Below, in pieces: positions 12,436-26,092 of a DNA stretch of 64,000 bases. Location: assembly GCA_010015805.1 (NCBI GenBank), contig ML978142.1, positions 186,001 through 250,000 on the forward strand, in the 5' to 3' direction. Under the pieces are notes generated by a model, which saw only the letters and a program-made list of their open reading frames with translations, ran no database searches and was not told the origin of the DNA. The translations under genes and the position numbers were made by a program. This DNA comes from Rhizodiscina lignyota. Taxonomy: Eukaryota. Each line of letters begins with the position of its first letter. The first letter of the stretch is position 1.

Positions 12436-15400
12436 TTACTCCAATTGCAAAGATCTATCCCATTTGATGTGGAGAAGGACGTACTGGGAAATACCAAGCG
12501 GGCTCTGAGCAGTAAAAATGGCCCGGAGCGGGATATCAAAGCCAAGCTTCCGCAGCCGATGGCGGAGCGCAACTGCTGTACTCGAGTCCGCTCCGGCGGA
12601 AAAGAATGAGGTATCGGGAGACACCGCAGTACAGCTTAGGTTCAAACAAGCACCCATTTCCTTCTGGATGGTTGTTATGAGCTCCTCTGCAGAAAGTCCT
12701 GACGAGGTCAAGCTAGAACGAGGACTCGGACGAAGACTGTCTTTGCGCACGCGCAAATCTGGAAACTTCGGGTCATCCAAGCTAGCTCGTAAATCAGAGA
12801 GGGGGGAGTCATCTGCAATGGCACTGAGAATAATCTCCAGCGCATTCTCGATTGCTTCGACGGTGGACAGCGGCAAAAGACTCGTATCGTATTCAATGTG
12901 AAGCATCCATTGATCCGAGGCTACTTCAAACCACTCCAGCATCAGCGGAAACTTTGATCCACGAGCGAATAGCGAAGTCTCCGAGACGTTGCAGTCTGGT
13001 AATTGCAACCAGTTATCGAGACCAGCGCCACGAGGATGAAATGTCACCACACACTCGAAAAGAGCATGGTAAAGTAATCCATTTGGGAATTCGAGAGCCT
13101 CGAGAATGTGGCTGAATGGAATAGCATTCGCCAGTGCCAGAAGAGCTGAATCATGGACCTCTGTCAAGATTGTGCTGGTAGTCACATTGTCTTGGCTCGC
13201 ACTACCGGGCAGTCTTAACCGTATCGGAAGGCGATCGAGGAATTGTCCCAAGGCTTCTCGGTCACTTTCTAGTGACCGGCCAGCGTCAGGCGCGCCCAGG
13301 ACAATATCATCCTCTCCTGAGAGCCACTGTAGCAGAAGGGCCGCAGCTGCCAAACCCATTTGATGATGGGTGATACCCAGTTGTCGTATTCTGTTATTCA
13401 ATTTTGTGACAAGCCTGCCATCAAATTCACGGGTCCGGGAAGCACCGTCGAAAGTCGCCATAGGGGACGTGAGAAAAGAGGGCCGAAGCAAAGACGATTT
13501 GCGATCATGGTAACCATGGCCGCTCAAGTAGTCTTTCCAGAATCCCCGCTCAACCTGCGATGAGCGCCGCTTCCATCTTTTCGAATCTAGATGCCGGGGA
13601 GAAGCGTGAATCTGAAGGGTCGTCCCAAGATATGCCAGGGAGGTTAGTTGAAGCAGGTTTTGCAAAGTGCCTAAATCTGTGATGAGGTGGGATGTGACAA
13701 TGACGATTCGAGCAATGAAGCGTTCGCTTTCCGATCCCTTTTCGTCCGAATTCCAGATCAAGTGAATACGGATAAGATGGTCGTTCACAAGATCAAAAGG
13801 ATGATTCAATTCAGCGTCGATATCAAGCTGAACCACTTCGCGCACCTTTGGAGCACATTTTGACAAGGTTCTTCTCGGCCCATTTGGTCCTTCTACCACA
13901 TTGGTGCGGAATACCGGGTCAGAAGCGAGGGCCGTATTGAGGCACGCTACTAGCTTGACAACATCTATGGCTCCGCTGATATGAAGCACTTTTGCGACGT
14001 TGAAGGCCGTCGTTGCGGTGGCGACTTGATATTGAAACCAAACTTGTTGTTCCGGTTCTGTCAGATCCTCAAGGGACAGAGCATTCTCATGTCGGCCACT
14101 CAGTCCGCTTTGAGAACTCACCATCTCTGCATGACAACTGATGCTCACTTTGGCCTGCAACAATTGCTTGATGACATCGATTTGGCCGCGAAAAGTGGGG
14201 GCAGGGAGGAGTTCGCGAACGGTGACATTGACGTCAAATGCCACTGAAAGCCGTCGGGCAAGCAGGAAGACCAGTACGGAGTGACCTCCAAGTGCGAAGA
14301 AATCGTCAGAGTCCTGTAGCTGTCCATCCGGTGCCAGCTGAAGTATTTGACGCCATTCTTGGGTCAGCTTGCTTTCGAGACTGTTGTGCATCGCATCCGG
14401 CAAATATGTCTTACCAGCCGACAAGTGCTTCGCGTAGACGGCCTCGAGAGCCCCGACGTCAACCTTGCCGTTGGGGTTCCTTGGGAATTGCTCAAGTCTC
14501 ACAATATTCTGTGGTACCGAAGCGGAGTCCAGAGTCTCGCGGAGCCTTGTGCGCAGGCGGGCGACGACATCTTCCGAATCTGTGATTTCACAGATGATGA
14601 ATGCCACTAACACGCCCTTGATGGCGAGGGCAGTACATTGCGTGATGCCTTGGTCGACTGGGCCTGACACAATGGTCTGTTCCACTTGAGCCAGCTCGAC
14701 ACGAAAGCCCCGAATCTTGACTTGTCGATTCACTCGGCCTAGGTACGATATCCGGCCATCCCGTTTGCGGGATGCAAAGTCGCCAGTGCGATACATCCGT
14801 TCCTCCTCATGCCAAGGATCTGGCAGGATGCATTGCTCGGTCTTTTCGGGCGACGCGATATATCCTCGCATGACTTGAATGCCTGCGACGTAGAGCTCCC
14901 CCCTTGCGCCGTCTCGTACTGGACGCTGATCTTCATCGAGCACGTACATGCGGGCGGTAGGAACAGGTGTTCCGATTGTGACTGTGTCTCCGGGAAGCAT
15001 TCGAGTGTAAGAAGTGGTAACGCTGCACTGTACTCAGATTAGTCTCGGCAATTGAGAGTGTGAAATGGGAAAAATGAAGACGCACCTCTGCAGGACCATA
15101 GACATTGTATAGTAGTGTCCGTGTGGCGAATTTATTCACCAATGCATTAGTTATTGGTTCACCAGTCGAGTAGATCTAATGCGAGTCGTCGTGTCAGTTC
15201 ATCAGGGTCTGAGCTGAGTTAGGGCTTCCGTCTTACAATCTCAAGGTTTGGATATTCATCTGGCTCCAAGACTGACAGTACCGAAGGAGTGATTGCTGCC
15301 AGGTTGACCTTCCGGAGATGAGCGTAGGGGTCGAATGGGTCCCGAAGGACGAGAGTGGCTCCATAAAGCAGTGTGAAAAAGATCTCCAAGTTGCAGTAGT

Positions 15401-18400
15401 CGAAAGCAGGCGACATGAATTGCGCTATTCTTTTTCCGGGGACCGCAAACATTGTTGCTTCAGGTGAGCTCCGCAATGCAAGGACTCCGCGATGGGTGAG
15501 AGGGATCCCTTTTGGTATGCCGGTACTGCCCGAAGTGAATACGATGACGAAGTCAGAGTCCGGAGAAGCAGAATCTGGCAGCCTGGGAGGATTTCGCGGG
15601 GCATGCTCCTCTCCAAGAACAATGTCCACACTTAATATATCCATACCTGCAATCGCCGCCTCGGGTTCTTGTGTACTGTTGGGTAATATCAACGCAGTCG
15701 CTCTGCTTTCCTTGCACACGGCAGCTCTGCGATCAGCGGACCACTTGGGATCCAGGGGTACAAATATACGACCCGCTTTGAGAATTCCAAGTAGCCCAAT
15801 GGCCCACCTAACTGTGCCATCGCCGAAAATGGCAATCGATTCGGCGCCTGGCAGATCTGAATTGATACGATGAGCAGTGATATTGGACAGTCTGTCAAGC
15901 TCGCCATACGTCAGGCTGGTGCCAGAGCAGTCCTCTAATGCGGTAAGGTTGAAGAATCTATCGACAGCCTGCTCCAGCGCATTCTTCAGCGTCTCCTCGA
16001 CCGACTCGACCCTCATTTGCTCGATCTGGGTCAGCGCGGTTTCGTGAAGCTGGTTTATTCTCATGCAGTCTCTCATGTTAGTCTCATGTAAGAGACTGTA
16101 GAGAGCATGCTTGAAATGCGAGCCGAGCCGTTGTACTGTCGGGTTATCGAACTGTGTGTCATCGTGCAGGAGTCGAAGATCGCCGTTCGCTTCGACGAGC
16201 ATGCTCATCGGGAAGTCGTTATTCTCCACACACTCCACTTGAATTGGTGGGAGCGCTGAGGTCTCATCAGGGAGGGGTAGCTGCATTGACAAGATATTGC
16301 CCATCCGGCGGCCAATTCCAATTTGGTCTGAGCGGACCCACGCAAACTCTCCGAGTGTCACAAGGTCATCCATTGTTCGTTGAAGGCGATCCTTTACAGT
16401 TTCGTCAGCAGTGAAGCTGAAAACGAGAGGCAAGGCCGCTATGTATGGCCCAATTGTTTCCTCATACCCAGGCTGTGTTGCACGATTCGAAAAGACAGCA
16501 CCGATGACAACGGTGCATGTTCTCTCGAGAGCACTAATTGCCATTGCCCAGGCCGTATAATATATACATGCTGCAGATACGCAACGCTCGCCCGCAAAGG
16601 TTGTCACCTCGTGAATGCTGACCGAAGGCTCGAAAAGGGTAGTCTTCGTACGGTTGACCACATGTTTTATCTGCGTGCTAATGCGGCATCGCCGAGTTGA
16701 ATTGTTTTCGACAGGAATGATTCTGAGGTAGTTGGTGAAGAAAGCTCTCGCTTCTGCGTCCCTGGCTTCTTGAGTGGCGATGAGTCCAAGATTGGCGTCA
16801 ATAGAGCAGGGGCTGCACGATAAAGACCGTCCCTGTGCAGCTCGCTCAACTCTGTCAAGTAGAAGTTTTAGAGAGGAGCCGTCCATCAAGCTATGGTGGA
16901 CTGTGAGAACGACGGTGAGCTCATTCGTTTTGTCTGATACGTTTCCGAAACCAGGCTCGGTAGGAGCATCAGCTTGGCGAAGTGCGAAGATATCCAATCT
17001 GCAACTCAGTCCAATGGACATTTTTGCAGTCTTCACAGCGGCATCATAGTCGCTGCGGTGGCTGTAGACTTCCATGTTTGGCTTCCTGAAAGCCTTTCGG
17101 TGAACAATATGTGCACCACGTCCGAATGCCAGGGAAATCTCCGTCCTGAAAATTGGTTCGGAATGCCACACTGCGCGCCATGCCTTCTCCGAAATGCCAG
17201 CATATTCGCCGCCGTAGGCCAACTTGACTTGATTAATATTAGTCGACTCGTCAATGACTGTTGGCATAGCCAGTTCCAGCTGCAGACTGGTCAGAGGCGC
17301 AATGTCGAAGCTGTTATCGGCCAGATCCAGTCTGTTGCAAGCTTCTCTGCGAAGGCGTACGAGTTGCTGGGCAGTAGAGGCGTCTCTAATCGTTCGAGGC
17401 GTCCGTGGTTCGAATGGTGATATCGACGAAGCATGCCGGGCGATTTCTGCAAACGTTCGGCACTTCAAGACATCCCTTGTAGAAACGTGCAAATGGAGCT
17501 TGCGGAGTACAGAAACAAACTTCAATGCAAGAAGGGAAGATCCTCCCATTGCAATGAATGTATCCTCGCCTCGGATCTTCCTGGGTCTCCCATCAGGGCA
17601 TCCGAGCACTTCTGCTGCGGCGTGGAGCACTTTTGTAAGATCCTCTTGCGCTCCCGTTCTGCTCATTGTCGGAGCTTCGAGAGACGACGACTCTGCTCCA
17701 TTCGTGGTGTCATGAGAGTCTCTGGCGTCATCAATGGCGGCAATGAGCTCCAACACGGTGCGTGACTGTGCCTTTCCGTTCGGCGAGAGTGGAAAATTGC
17801 TAACGGCCTCGATTCGGTACGGTATACAGTACGCGCACATGGTCTGTTCGACTTTTGCGAGCAGTGCAGTGGTATCTACACACGATGGCGTAACCACTGC
17901 GACTATGCCGTTCCGTGTTATCGTGGCATGGACGGATTTGACGCCGAACGAAGCTCCCGCAGCATAGAGGCTCTCCTCAACGTCTCGATCGAGATTCACC
18001 GAGAACCCTCTGTTCTTGACCATGCGGTCTTTGCGGCCGCGAAATTCCAACACTCGGTCGTCTGCTGGTCCTCGTACCCATCTGGCATAATCTCCGGTCT
18101 TGTAGACGCGGAGGCCATTCCAAGAAACAAAGCTGTTGTTTGTCCTCGCGTCGTCTTTGTAGTACCCTCGAGCGACGCCATCGCCTGCAACAACCATCTC
18201 TCCGTCAATTCCGTCCCCATCGACTTCAGTAGAGTCGCCATGAAGAAGGTAGATTGGGCTCTGCTCCATGAATCCGCCGATCAAGAAGGGATTGATTTTC
18301 CCGGTGTCCGGGCTCCGTTGCACGTTGTGTATCGAGCCCATCGACGTTGTTTCAGAAGTCCCGTATGCCGAAAGTACCTGCACTCCGGCATCCACCCACG

Positions 18401-19282
18401 ATTCAAGAAGGTCTGCGGTTGGAGTCTCACCACCGAGGACGATGGTGCGCATATTGGAGCATATGCTGTCATCAGAGGTAGGCGCTGGTAAGTTACTCAA
18501 CAGAGAAGGAGTCATCGCCATGAGAGTGCATGTGGGGCCCTTTTGATAGACGTCCTCTGGCTCAGCAGGAACTATTGTGCCGCAGTTGCCCAAGGTTGAA
18601 AATAGCATACAAGCGCAAGCTAGGTGGAGGTGTCAGCCCAAACGCAAATCAAGCACTGATGCAACGTACCGTCAAACGCCACAGAAAGCATATGAAGTAG
18701 ACGATCCCCAGGCCCAATGTTCAGATTCAACGGCCTCGTGTTCGCATACAGGCATAATGATTTGTGCGAGATCATTACACCCTTCGGTTTGCCTGTACTT
18801 CCACTAGTGAAGATGGTGCATGCGATATCTTCTGGTTCTATGCGACGAAATGTCAAAGTATTTCTTGCATCAACCGGGCTAGCGAGTGGAACCGTGGGGA
18901 TATGTAAGACGCGGCAAAGTTCGTGAGGCGCTTCAAACAGATCCGCAGTGGTGTTGACAATCACAGAGCTGTGGATGGTATCGCAGACATATTTGATCGT
19001 CTCTAACGACCACGATCTTCGATCGACTGGTACGAAGCAAGACCCAGATTTGAGAATTGCGAGGACCGCGATGATGTTGAGGCTTCCATGTGCTGTCACA
19101 AGGAGAACAGGTGACGAATTGCCACATCCATGCTTCGTCAACGCACTTGCCAAAGCCGTCGAAGACTCATCGAGCTCGCGGTACGTCAAGCAACCCTCCT
19201 CGTGATCGATGGCGAGATTGTTTGGATGCCGCTGGACAGCTTGAGCGAACAGCTCGCACAAGTTGATTGCCTTTGCTGTCAT
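12436..19282 (-). CDS. gliP: ETP diketopiperazine NRPS, A-T-C-A-T-C-T (GliP/SirP/VerP-like)
   Basis: A1 'FTSGSTGKPKG'; T1 'FIAMGGSSL'; C1 'HHSLMDG'; A2 'FTSGSTGIPKG', 'YRTGD'; T2 'FFALGGHSV'; C2 'SHLITD'; T3 'FFSAGADS'. Four exons inferred. Confidence 0.93.
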
Positions 19283-19402
19283 CGTATCAAGTGGGTGAAA
19301 ATGGCCATGCCAAAACCAAAATCAAGCAGCACGGAGCCTGAAGGATCGCCGTTCCCATCTTATTCATCATTCCGGAAGGAGGTCTCTCGCCAACTCGTAG
19401 TA

Positions 19403-19436
19403 CCGGTTGCCGAGTATGAAATTCGCCGGTTTCCGA
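19403..19436. promoter_or_regulatory. Two GliZ-type CGG-N3-CCG sites in the divergent NRPS/gliC promoter
   Basis: CCGGTTGCCGA at 19403 and CCGGTTTCCGA at 19426, each one mismatch from TCGGN3CCGA. Confidence 0.65.
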
Positions 19437-19606
19437 AAGCTTCCAAGGACAATGTACGGCGGGCTAGGGCTGCATTGACGGAAGATATCGAGTACCGAGA
19501 CGATGGAGGTAATCGGTTGTTTTCTGACCTCGTCCACGGCCCACAAGTGAGGCCATCGCCTGCTCGTCGACCAACGTTTCGCACATGCGCCGTGATCAAA
19601 GTCAGA

Positions 19607-21502
19607 ATGTTTCCAGACGTCCTACGAAGAACATTGGAGCCTTCGACGGCTGCAGCTCTGCTGCTTTTGGCTGTGACGGTACTGTCCTGTGGCCTGGCAT
19701 CGCAGACCTTCATTGCAGAAGCTCTTTTTGACGTGAGAATAGCCGCTAAAATACACTATCTGGATACGACAGAGTCCAATTGCTGATTCGATCGAAGATT
19801 ATATGTCAACTCTTAAAGCTGCCGGATTCATTGCACAGCAAGAGAGGTCTGCCAGGCGCACCGTTCAAACTCCCGAACGGCCAAGGAAGCGAGAAGTTTT
19901 TCGGTGGTAGACATGCTGCACGGAGATGGCGAGGCCAGTACGGATCCATGTACAGCATCTGGTCAGGCTTCAAGCGCGAGATGTGAGTGGAAAGCAGCAA
20001 GATGGATAGGAGAAGAGAGCTTTCGGTGGCTGACGAGACGCGTGGAGTTGGCAGCGTGATGACTAAGCCAGATCAAGTGCGGGCATTCTACAAAGACTCT
20101 CACAAGCACATCAAGGCAGCGGACAACAACGCAGGATGGCTGTTCGCTGAGCTGCTCGGATCTTGCGTCGGTGTAGTCAGCCAGAAACGATGGAGAAGGG
20201 TCAGGACTCATTTCGATGGCCATTTCACTCGCACTGCAGCCCTCGACAAGGTCAGATTGTTCACCTCCGACGCTCGAGAGTTTGTCCGTATTTTAAACGA
20301 GGGTGAAGAAGAACGCATCATCAACCCTACGAACGATCTGAAGTACTGTCCATTTTTCATGGTCGCCGGTATCTTTTTCGGTGGCCTTACTGCTGGACAG
20401 CGGAAGAAGCTGTCTACACTCGGTCCTCAAAGGGAAGAACTCTTCAGAGAAACTTTCATGGGCGGCATCAATCGATTCGCTCTAACAAAATATCTTCCTG
20501 GCTCGGCGCTATCGCGTCTTCGCAGTTTCCAGCGAGACTGGGAAGCGTTTGTAAAGGGGGCATATGAGCAAGCCAGGAGCAATGGCAACGGTGCAATCGT
20601 GTCGTTGTGGGAGGCGATGGTTGACGATGGAATGTCCATGCAAGAAGCACGAAATGCCGAATCATGACCTCGAATTACAAGCTGACCACCGCTAGCTTCT
20701 ACAAACGCTGGACGAATCACTGTTTGCCAATCTCGATGTGACTGCGCACGCAGTATCATGGAATGTTCTCCGAATCGCTCAACACGCTGATGTTCAACAA
20801 AAAGTGCGATCAGAAATACAGCAACATACCAAGACTGCAACACCGGATGAATCGTACGAGGCCTATCTTCGCAGAGAAGACACGTTGTTGGCTGCGTGTA
20901 TTCTTGAAGCGTCCCGACTTCATCCAGTTCTGCGTAAGAGTTCCAAACGCCATGACTCCGAGAAGGACGTCATTGCTGGTTAACACGAAGCCCAGCGTTT
21001 TCGAATCCTGAAGCTGCCGAAGAGGACAAGATGGTCGACGGATACGTTATTCCTCGGAATGTGCTGCTTATCCCTTGCTGTAATGGTTGCGCCCGGTTGG
21101 CTGACGTGATCTCCAGACCGACGTGATCGTCGACTCTTATGCAATCAACGTCGATAATCCGTATTGGGAGAATGCCTCGGAGTTTGACCCGTTCAGGCAC
21201 CTCGAACCAAAGGACCGGGCTATGAATGTCCGCATCAGTCCCTCTCGTTGACGAATGCCTACTCTGACATGTAACAGGCCCAAAGATACAACATGTGGCG
21301 ATTTGGGTTCGGTCCCCGACAATGCTTGGGGAAGAACGTGGCAGATATCATTCTCAGAGTCATAGTCGCTGAGCTGATGAAACGTTATGAGTTGAGATTA
21401 ATGCAAGAAGGAGGAGCAGCGGGTATCAATCTTCAAGCCGACAGTTGGATTGGTCTACCAAATGGAAGAGTACAACTGATTCCGTATAATAACGCTCAGT
21501 AA
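19607..21502 (+). CDS. gliC: Cytochrome P450, GliC-type DKP alpha-carbon hydroxylase
   Basis: N-terminal TM segment, 'LDESLFANLDVTAHAVSWNV', ExxR 'EASR' and heme motif 'WRFGFGPRQCLG'. Divergent from the NRPS. Multi-exon. Confidence 0.85.
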
Positions 21503-21597
21503 ACAATTGAAACGTGCGAACTGAGCAATATACATCTCCACGCGTCAATGCGTAGGCAATTACAACGTCGGTGCTCGTATTTGAAACTGCCATGAGA

Positions 21598-23078
21598 TTA
21601 CGTGGGTTTAAGGAATAACCCTCCGAAGCTCGGAAACTTCAACCATGACGACAACCCTGAATCCGACATTGTTGCTGACCCCAATCCAAACCTGGTCTTA
21701 TAGCCCATGACTTCCTCGATGCGCCGTAAACCCTTCAGGAAATCATGTCGAGGTATAGCGAACGTGAGGCGAAACCAGCCAGCGCGCAGTTCCGCATAAT
21801 CTGCACCGCTGCCGACTAGTACACCTCGCTGGGCGCAGTCCCGAACAATTTGCTCTTCCTCGTCCCAGGTCTCACAGCCTTCAGATAATCGAACCCATAT
21901 GTACAGGCCCGCAGCAGGTCTGTAATACGACAAACCATGGGTTTCTGAGAACTGGATCGCAATACGGGCTGCGTCACACAGTCGTTGGGTGTTGAGAGCT
22001 ACGAGTGTTGAGAGTTTCGGTATATCGCGGAGGACCGGCTCTACCATAACCGAAGCGACGTTGCAAATTTTGGCGTTGTTGAGAATGGCTTGCGACAGTC
22101 GAAGCTCGTTATTACCCTGTGTGACCAAACAGCCCTGTTGTCCCATCTGTCAGCGAAACCCGATCGCGGTGAAGGGAAACATACAAGTCTCATCCCACTG
22201 CCCCCAAAGTCTTTGCTGATGCTGTAAATCAGATGGACCCTTGAGCTGTTTACACCAAGCTTCCTTAGGTCCCTGGATAGAACGGAAACAAAGTCGCTTG
22301 CGGGAGATTCGAACACTTCGCCGCATCCTGCATAGTCTTCTTTGATCGCGCCAAAAGTGGATAGAGCGTAGATCTCATCCGACACGAAATGAAGATCCTC
22401 TTGCTCGCAATATTGAAGCAAAGCATCGATGACTTGGACGGTGGAGATGTGCCCGTGTGGATTGTCAGGATTGCAAAAAAGGATGCCACGGACATTACAT
22501 GTGGCCTCGTTTGCAACTGTCCGGTAGGCTTCAACGACTGCTTGGGGAGAGCCAGACTCGTGAGGAGGAACATGGACTGGGAGTATACGCACCCCGTTTC
22601 GTAATACCGCCGATATCTCGAAACTGCCTACACGAACATGTCAGCGTCCGAGGCATCATCTCAGAAGCGGAGGAGCAGTAGCATACGTACCCCACATTGG
22701 AGCAGTCACTAACAGTCCATCCCCCTCGTCACATATATCGTTGATCAACGTGTCGAGTACGGCGCTGCATCCTGGCCCAACTACGATGTGCTCTGGCCTC
22801 ACTGGAATCTCGGGTGTGAAGAAGTGGTTGAAAAACTTTGCAAGGCCGCCGAGTAGCTCTGGAGTTCCTCCCAACCCACCGCTGTATGACAAATGCTTCA
22901 ATTTCAATCCTGCATTGCCATTCCTTCTAAAAAGTGACAGAATCTCGGAACGAATAAGCCAGTTCTCTGCGGTGGCGAGATCTATGCTCGAAGGGGTTTT
23001 CGATTTTTGTCGGCTGAGCGGCCGCTTGAATTGCTCCAAGAACCAGGCGTTGTTCTCTCTGGCACGCCGCGAAAGCAT
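21598..23078 (-). CDS. gliI: PLP-dependent C-S lyase (ACC synthase-like, GliI-type)
   Basis: 'DLATAENWL', 'CNPDNPHG', 'SDEIYALS', PLP lysine in 'YSISKDFG', and 'GWFRLTFA'. Three exons. Confidence 0.87.
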
Positions 23079-23279
23079 CGTGAACTTGCAGATTTGTCTG
23101 GATGGGAATGACGATCAGACGTTCATCCCTCCTTGTCAATCGATTCGTGACGGAGCATCGCTCTGCAGGCAGCATCGATTCCCAACAGCAATGCCTAGTA
23201 TCTCGGGAGAGTAGTTGCGTTTCACTCTTCGTGTGACGATCATCTGCGTATTGACTTGTTCGCTCACCGTCGCATGATA

Positions 23280-23337
23280 TCGGCGGCCGATGTTGTCGGT
23301 GTTTTGAGACCTTGTTCGTGTTCTGTTCGGTGACCGG
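23280..23337. promoter_or_regulatory. GliZ-type sites in the divergent gliI/gliN promoter
   Basis: Exact TCGGCGGCCGA at 23280-23290; near-match TCGGTGACCGG at 23327-23337. Confidence 0.7.
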
Positions 23338-23559
23338 GTTGGGCCAATCAGACGGTCGTTGTGAGACATGGAACACTCTCAGTAATCGGAGTCCTCGCGG
23401 GCTGTCATCAAGGAACTCTGCTGCTTGAATCTCTTTTCCATTAGACGGCGCATTCCAGTTCTAAGGAACATTGACCTTGAGATTCGGGTCTTCTTTGGTA
23501 GAATTTCCACAAACGAATCAGCCGCACGTCGCTCACGCATCCTCGCCTTGGTTTCAACG

Positions 23560-24580
23560 ATGGCGGTAGACTCTGTCAGTAACGGTAACAGCAATGACTT
23601 TGGAGAGGCGAGAAAAGGATATATGCTACCACATAACCGCAAGGAAATTGATCGTATGAAAAACCAGCACGAGTGGATAAAATGCTCTTTCGGTGGCTTG
23701 ATCAAAGCTCCGATTGACTACGAGAAGAAGAAACAAAAGATACTAGACTCTGCAGCGGCTGATGGTAGCCTTGTCTCCCTCGTTGGAAGTTCCGCGCTGA
23801 CATGTTGGAGGCACCTGGCTCTCCGATGCGTGTACGCTGTTCCCGGCGGAGACGGAGTTGGTTGGATTTGATATTGCGTGAGTAGCAAGTGTCGGTATAG
23901 AAGAGAGCTAAAAGTCTGATTGAATATGGCACAGGCCTGAATTGTTTCTTCCATCCGAATTGCTCCCTCCGAACATTGCACTGGTACCCGGTGATGTGTT
24001 GAAAGAGCTTCCGGACGAATGGAAGGCAAACTTCGATCTTGTGCATCAACGGTTCGTCTGCCCAGGCTTCTCAGAACTACAAATCCGGGAATGCCTGGGC
24101 AGGTTGATGGAATGTGTGAGGCCTGGCGGGTGGATCCAGTTGGTCGAGCCAGCGGCGAACGAGAACGTGTCTGGTCCAGACCCAACGGCTTTCATGGTCC
24201 TGCATCGGTTCGCGGACAAATGCATGCAATCCCCGAATCCGAGAGACCTGATATTGTCGATACTGAAAGAGGGTGGGTTTATCAATGTGAACGTAGAAGG
24301 CCTGGATCTCGTGGTCGGGAAGTTCCAAGGTAATAGAGAGTTGGATGTGCGAGGGCGCAAGAGCATGCGAGCGGCAGTAGAAAACATGACGGCGATTGCC
24401 AGGTAAGTAAAGGCCATCGAGGAAGTCATTACGGCGGCTGATTTACCATTGCACAGTGCTAGGCAACTGGAGGGGCCCATGGCAGATTGGGATGATTTAC
24501 TCGATCGGTTCGAAGCGGACATGGCGAAGTATCGGACTGCAATACGGCACAACATAATTTGGGCTCAGAGGCCGGAGTGA
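23560..24580 (+). CDS. gliN: SAM-dependent N-methyltransferase (GliN/SirN-like)
   Basis: 'YMLPHNRKEIDRMKNQH', 'ILDSAAADGTW', 'FDLVHQR', 'RPGGWIQLVE'; ends 'WAQRPE*'. Located inside the ETP cluster. Confidence 0.78.
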
Positions 24581-25091
24581 GGAACAGGACATTTCTGAAA
24601 CTGCTTTGCATGCGTTGAAAAAGGAGGTATGGAAGCTATTATGCTGTGCACTGAGAGAGTGAGAGGACATCCAAAGGCATCTGATGGGAGGTAAAAGGTT
24701 TTCGTATCTTTCACAATGAAACTTGCAAAGGCTAAATTGAGGGTGTGGCGTATGCTAGTCCTAGAACAGTTAGATCACAAATTAGCGTAAGAGACACCCG
24801 GGAGCCGCAACACCAGAAGCAGGTCGTTTCGAAAGACCACGCTTCATGCTCCCTGATGAGGAGGCGTATCACCTTCATTGCATCTATGTCTGTCAACAGT
24901 TCGGCCGTCCAAGAGAATGTTCAGATGTCATGTTGAGATTGAGAATGTGGAAGTGCCCTCCAAAAGATCCCGCTCGACCCGGCTTTCACAGCGGCGCATC
25001 AACACACATATCAAGAGAAGTGAATTAGGTTCGCCATTGCCTCTCAGCAACCTGACTCGCGACATGACTCTCCCCAAGAATCTGTGCAATG

Positions 25092-25102
25092 TCGGGGACC
25101 GA
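25092..25102. promoter_or_regulatory. GliZ-type site upstream of gliK
   Basis: Exact TCGGGGACCGA ending 48 nt before the ATG at 25150. Confidence 0.7.
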
Positions 25103-25149
25103 ACGCGAAATCTTTATATGGCACGACGGTCACCTCGGTGCAATTCAAC

Positions 25150-26027
25150 ATGGCTACTGAGAAGAAGATACCAGAATGGAAACTCCAGGCTTTGGCCGAC
25201 AAGCCACTGTGGTACCTTGGATATGGCTCAAACATGAAGGCAAGCTCTATGAGCGACCGCAAGATTACGCCACTCGCTACCAAAGTTGTCAATGTCCCAA
25301 CACACCATGTCACGTTTGACATCTTTGGCATTCCGTATTCGGAACCGTGCTATGCCAGCATTGAAGAGTTCCCGGATGGAGGAAACGCGAAACTTCACCT
25401 TGTGCACGGCAAAGATCGATTCGAGGTTCCTTCGTTATGCGGTGTTGCGCATCTCTTGTCTCCCGCTGACTTTCGCCGCCTCCTCATCACGGAAGGTAGT
25501 GGTGTTGTGTACGATATCATCCAAGTGGTGGCATATGAGCTGAACGAGAGAAGGCGAATCACAGAGCGAATGCTCACGGCATACACCTTGAAAGCAAAAT
25601 GGCCGCAAACCCCCAGTGGCACTCCCAGCGCTCGATATGTTGTACGTTGACGCTAGATTGGAGTCTCCGCCTGATACGGAGTAGCAGAAGGCTGATGACG
25701 GAGTAGAATCTATTCCTCGAAGGCGCGAGAGACAACAATTTCCCTGCCGAATACATAGAATACTTGGAGCAATTTCCCCGATACCACAAACTGGAAGGTC
25801 TGCAGAAGACGTACGGCCAGCTCATATTTGACCGAGGCTGGAGACCCTTTTTGAAAAGGCTTGTACGACTCACGACATGGAACGTTGACGCGGACGGGAA
25901 TTGTCCAATTTTCGTTGCTGTCGTCATCGTCTGGTTGTACCAATTGATGTGGTCATACCATGATTGCTTCCATCGGCACATATTTGGGGAAGGCGATGGA
26001 GGAAAATTATATTGGACGCGGGTCTAA
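25150..26027 (+). CDS. gliK: Gamma-glutamyl cyclotransferase (GliK-type)
   Basis: 'WYLGYGSNM', 'TFDIFGIPYSEP', 'GVAHLLS', 'TEGSGVVY' and 'PSARY'. One intron. Confidence 0.87.
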
Positions 26028-26092
26028 GGGTCACTATACACACTGTCCACTCAATGGGTAGATCGTGTCACTACTGACCGTAGCTGCCTGCC

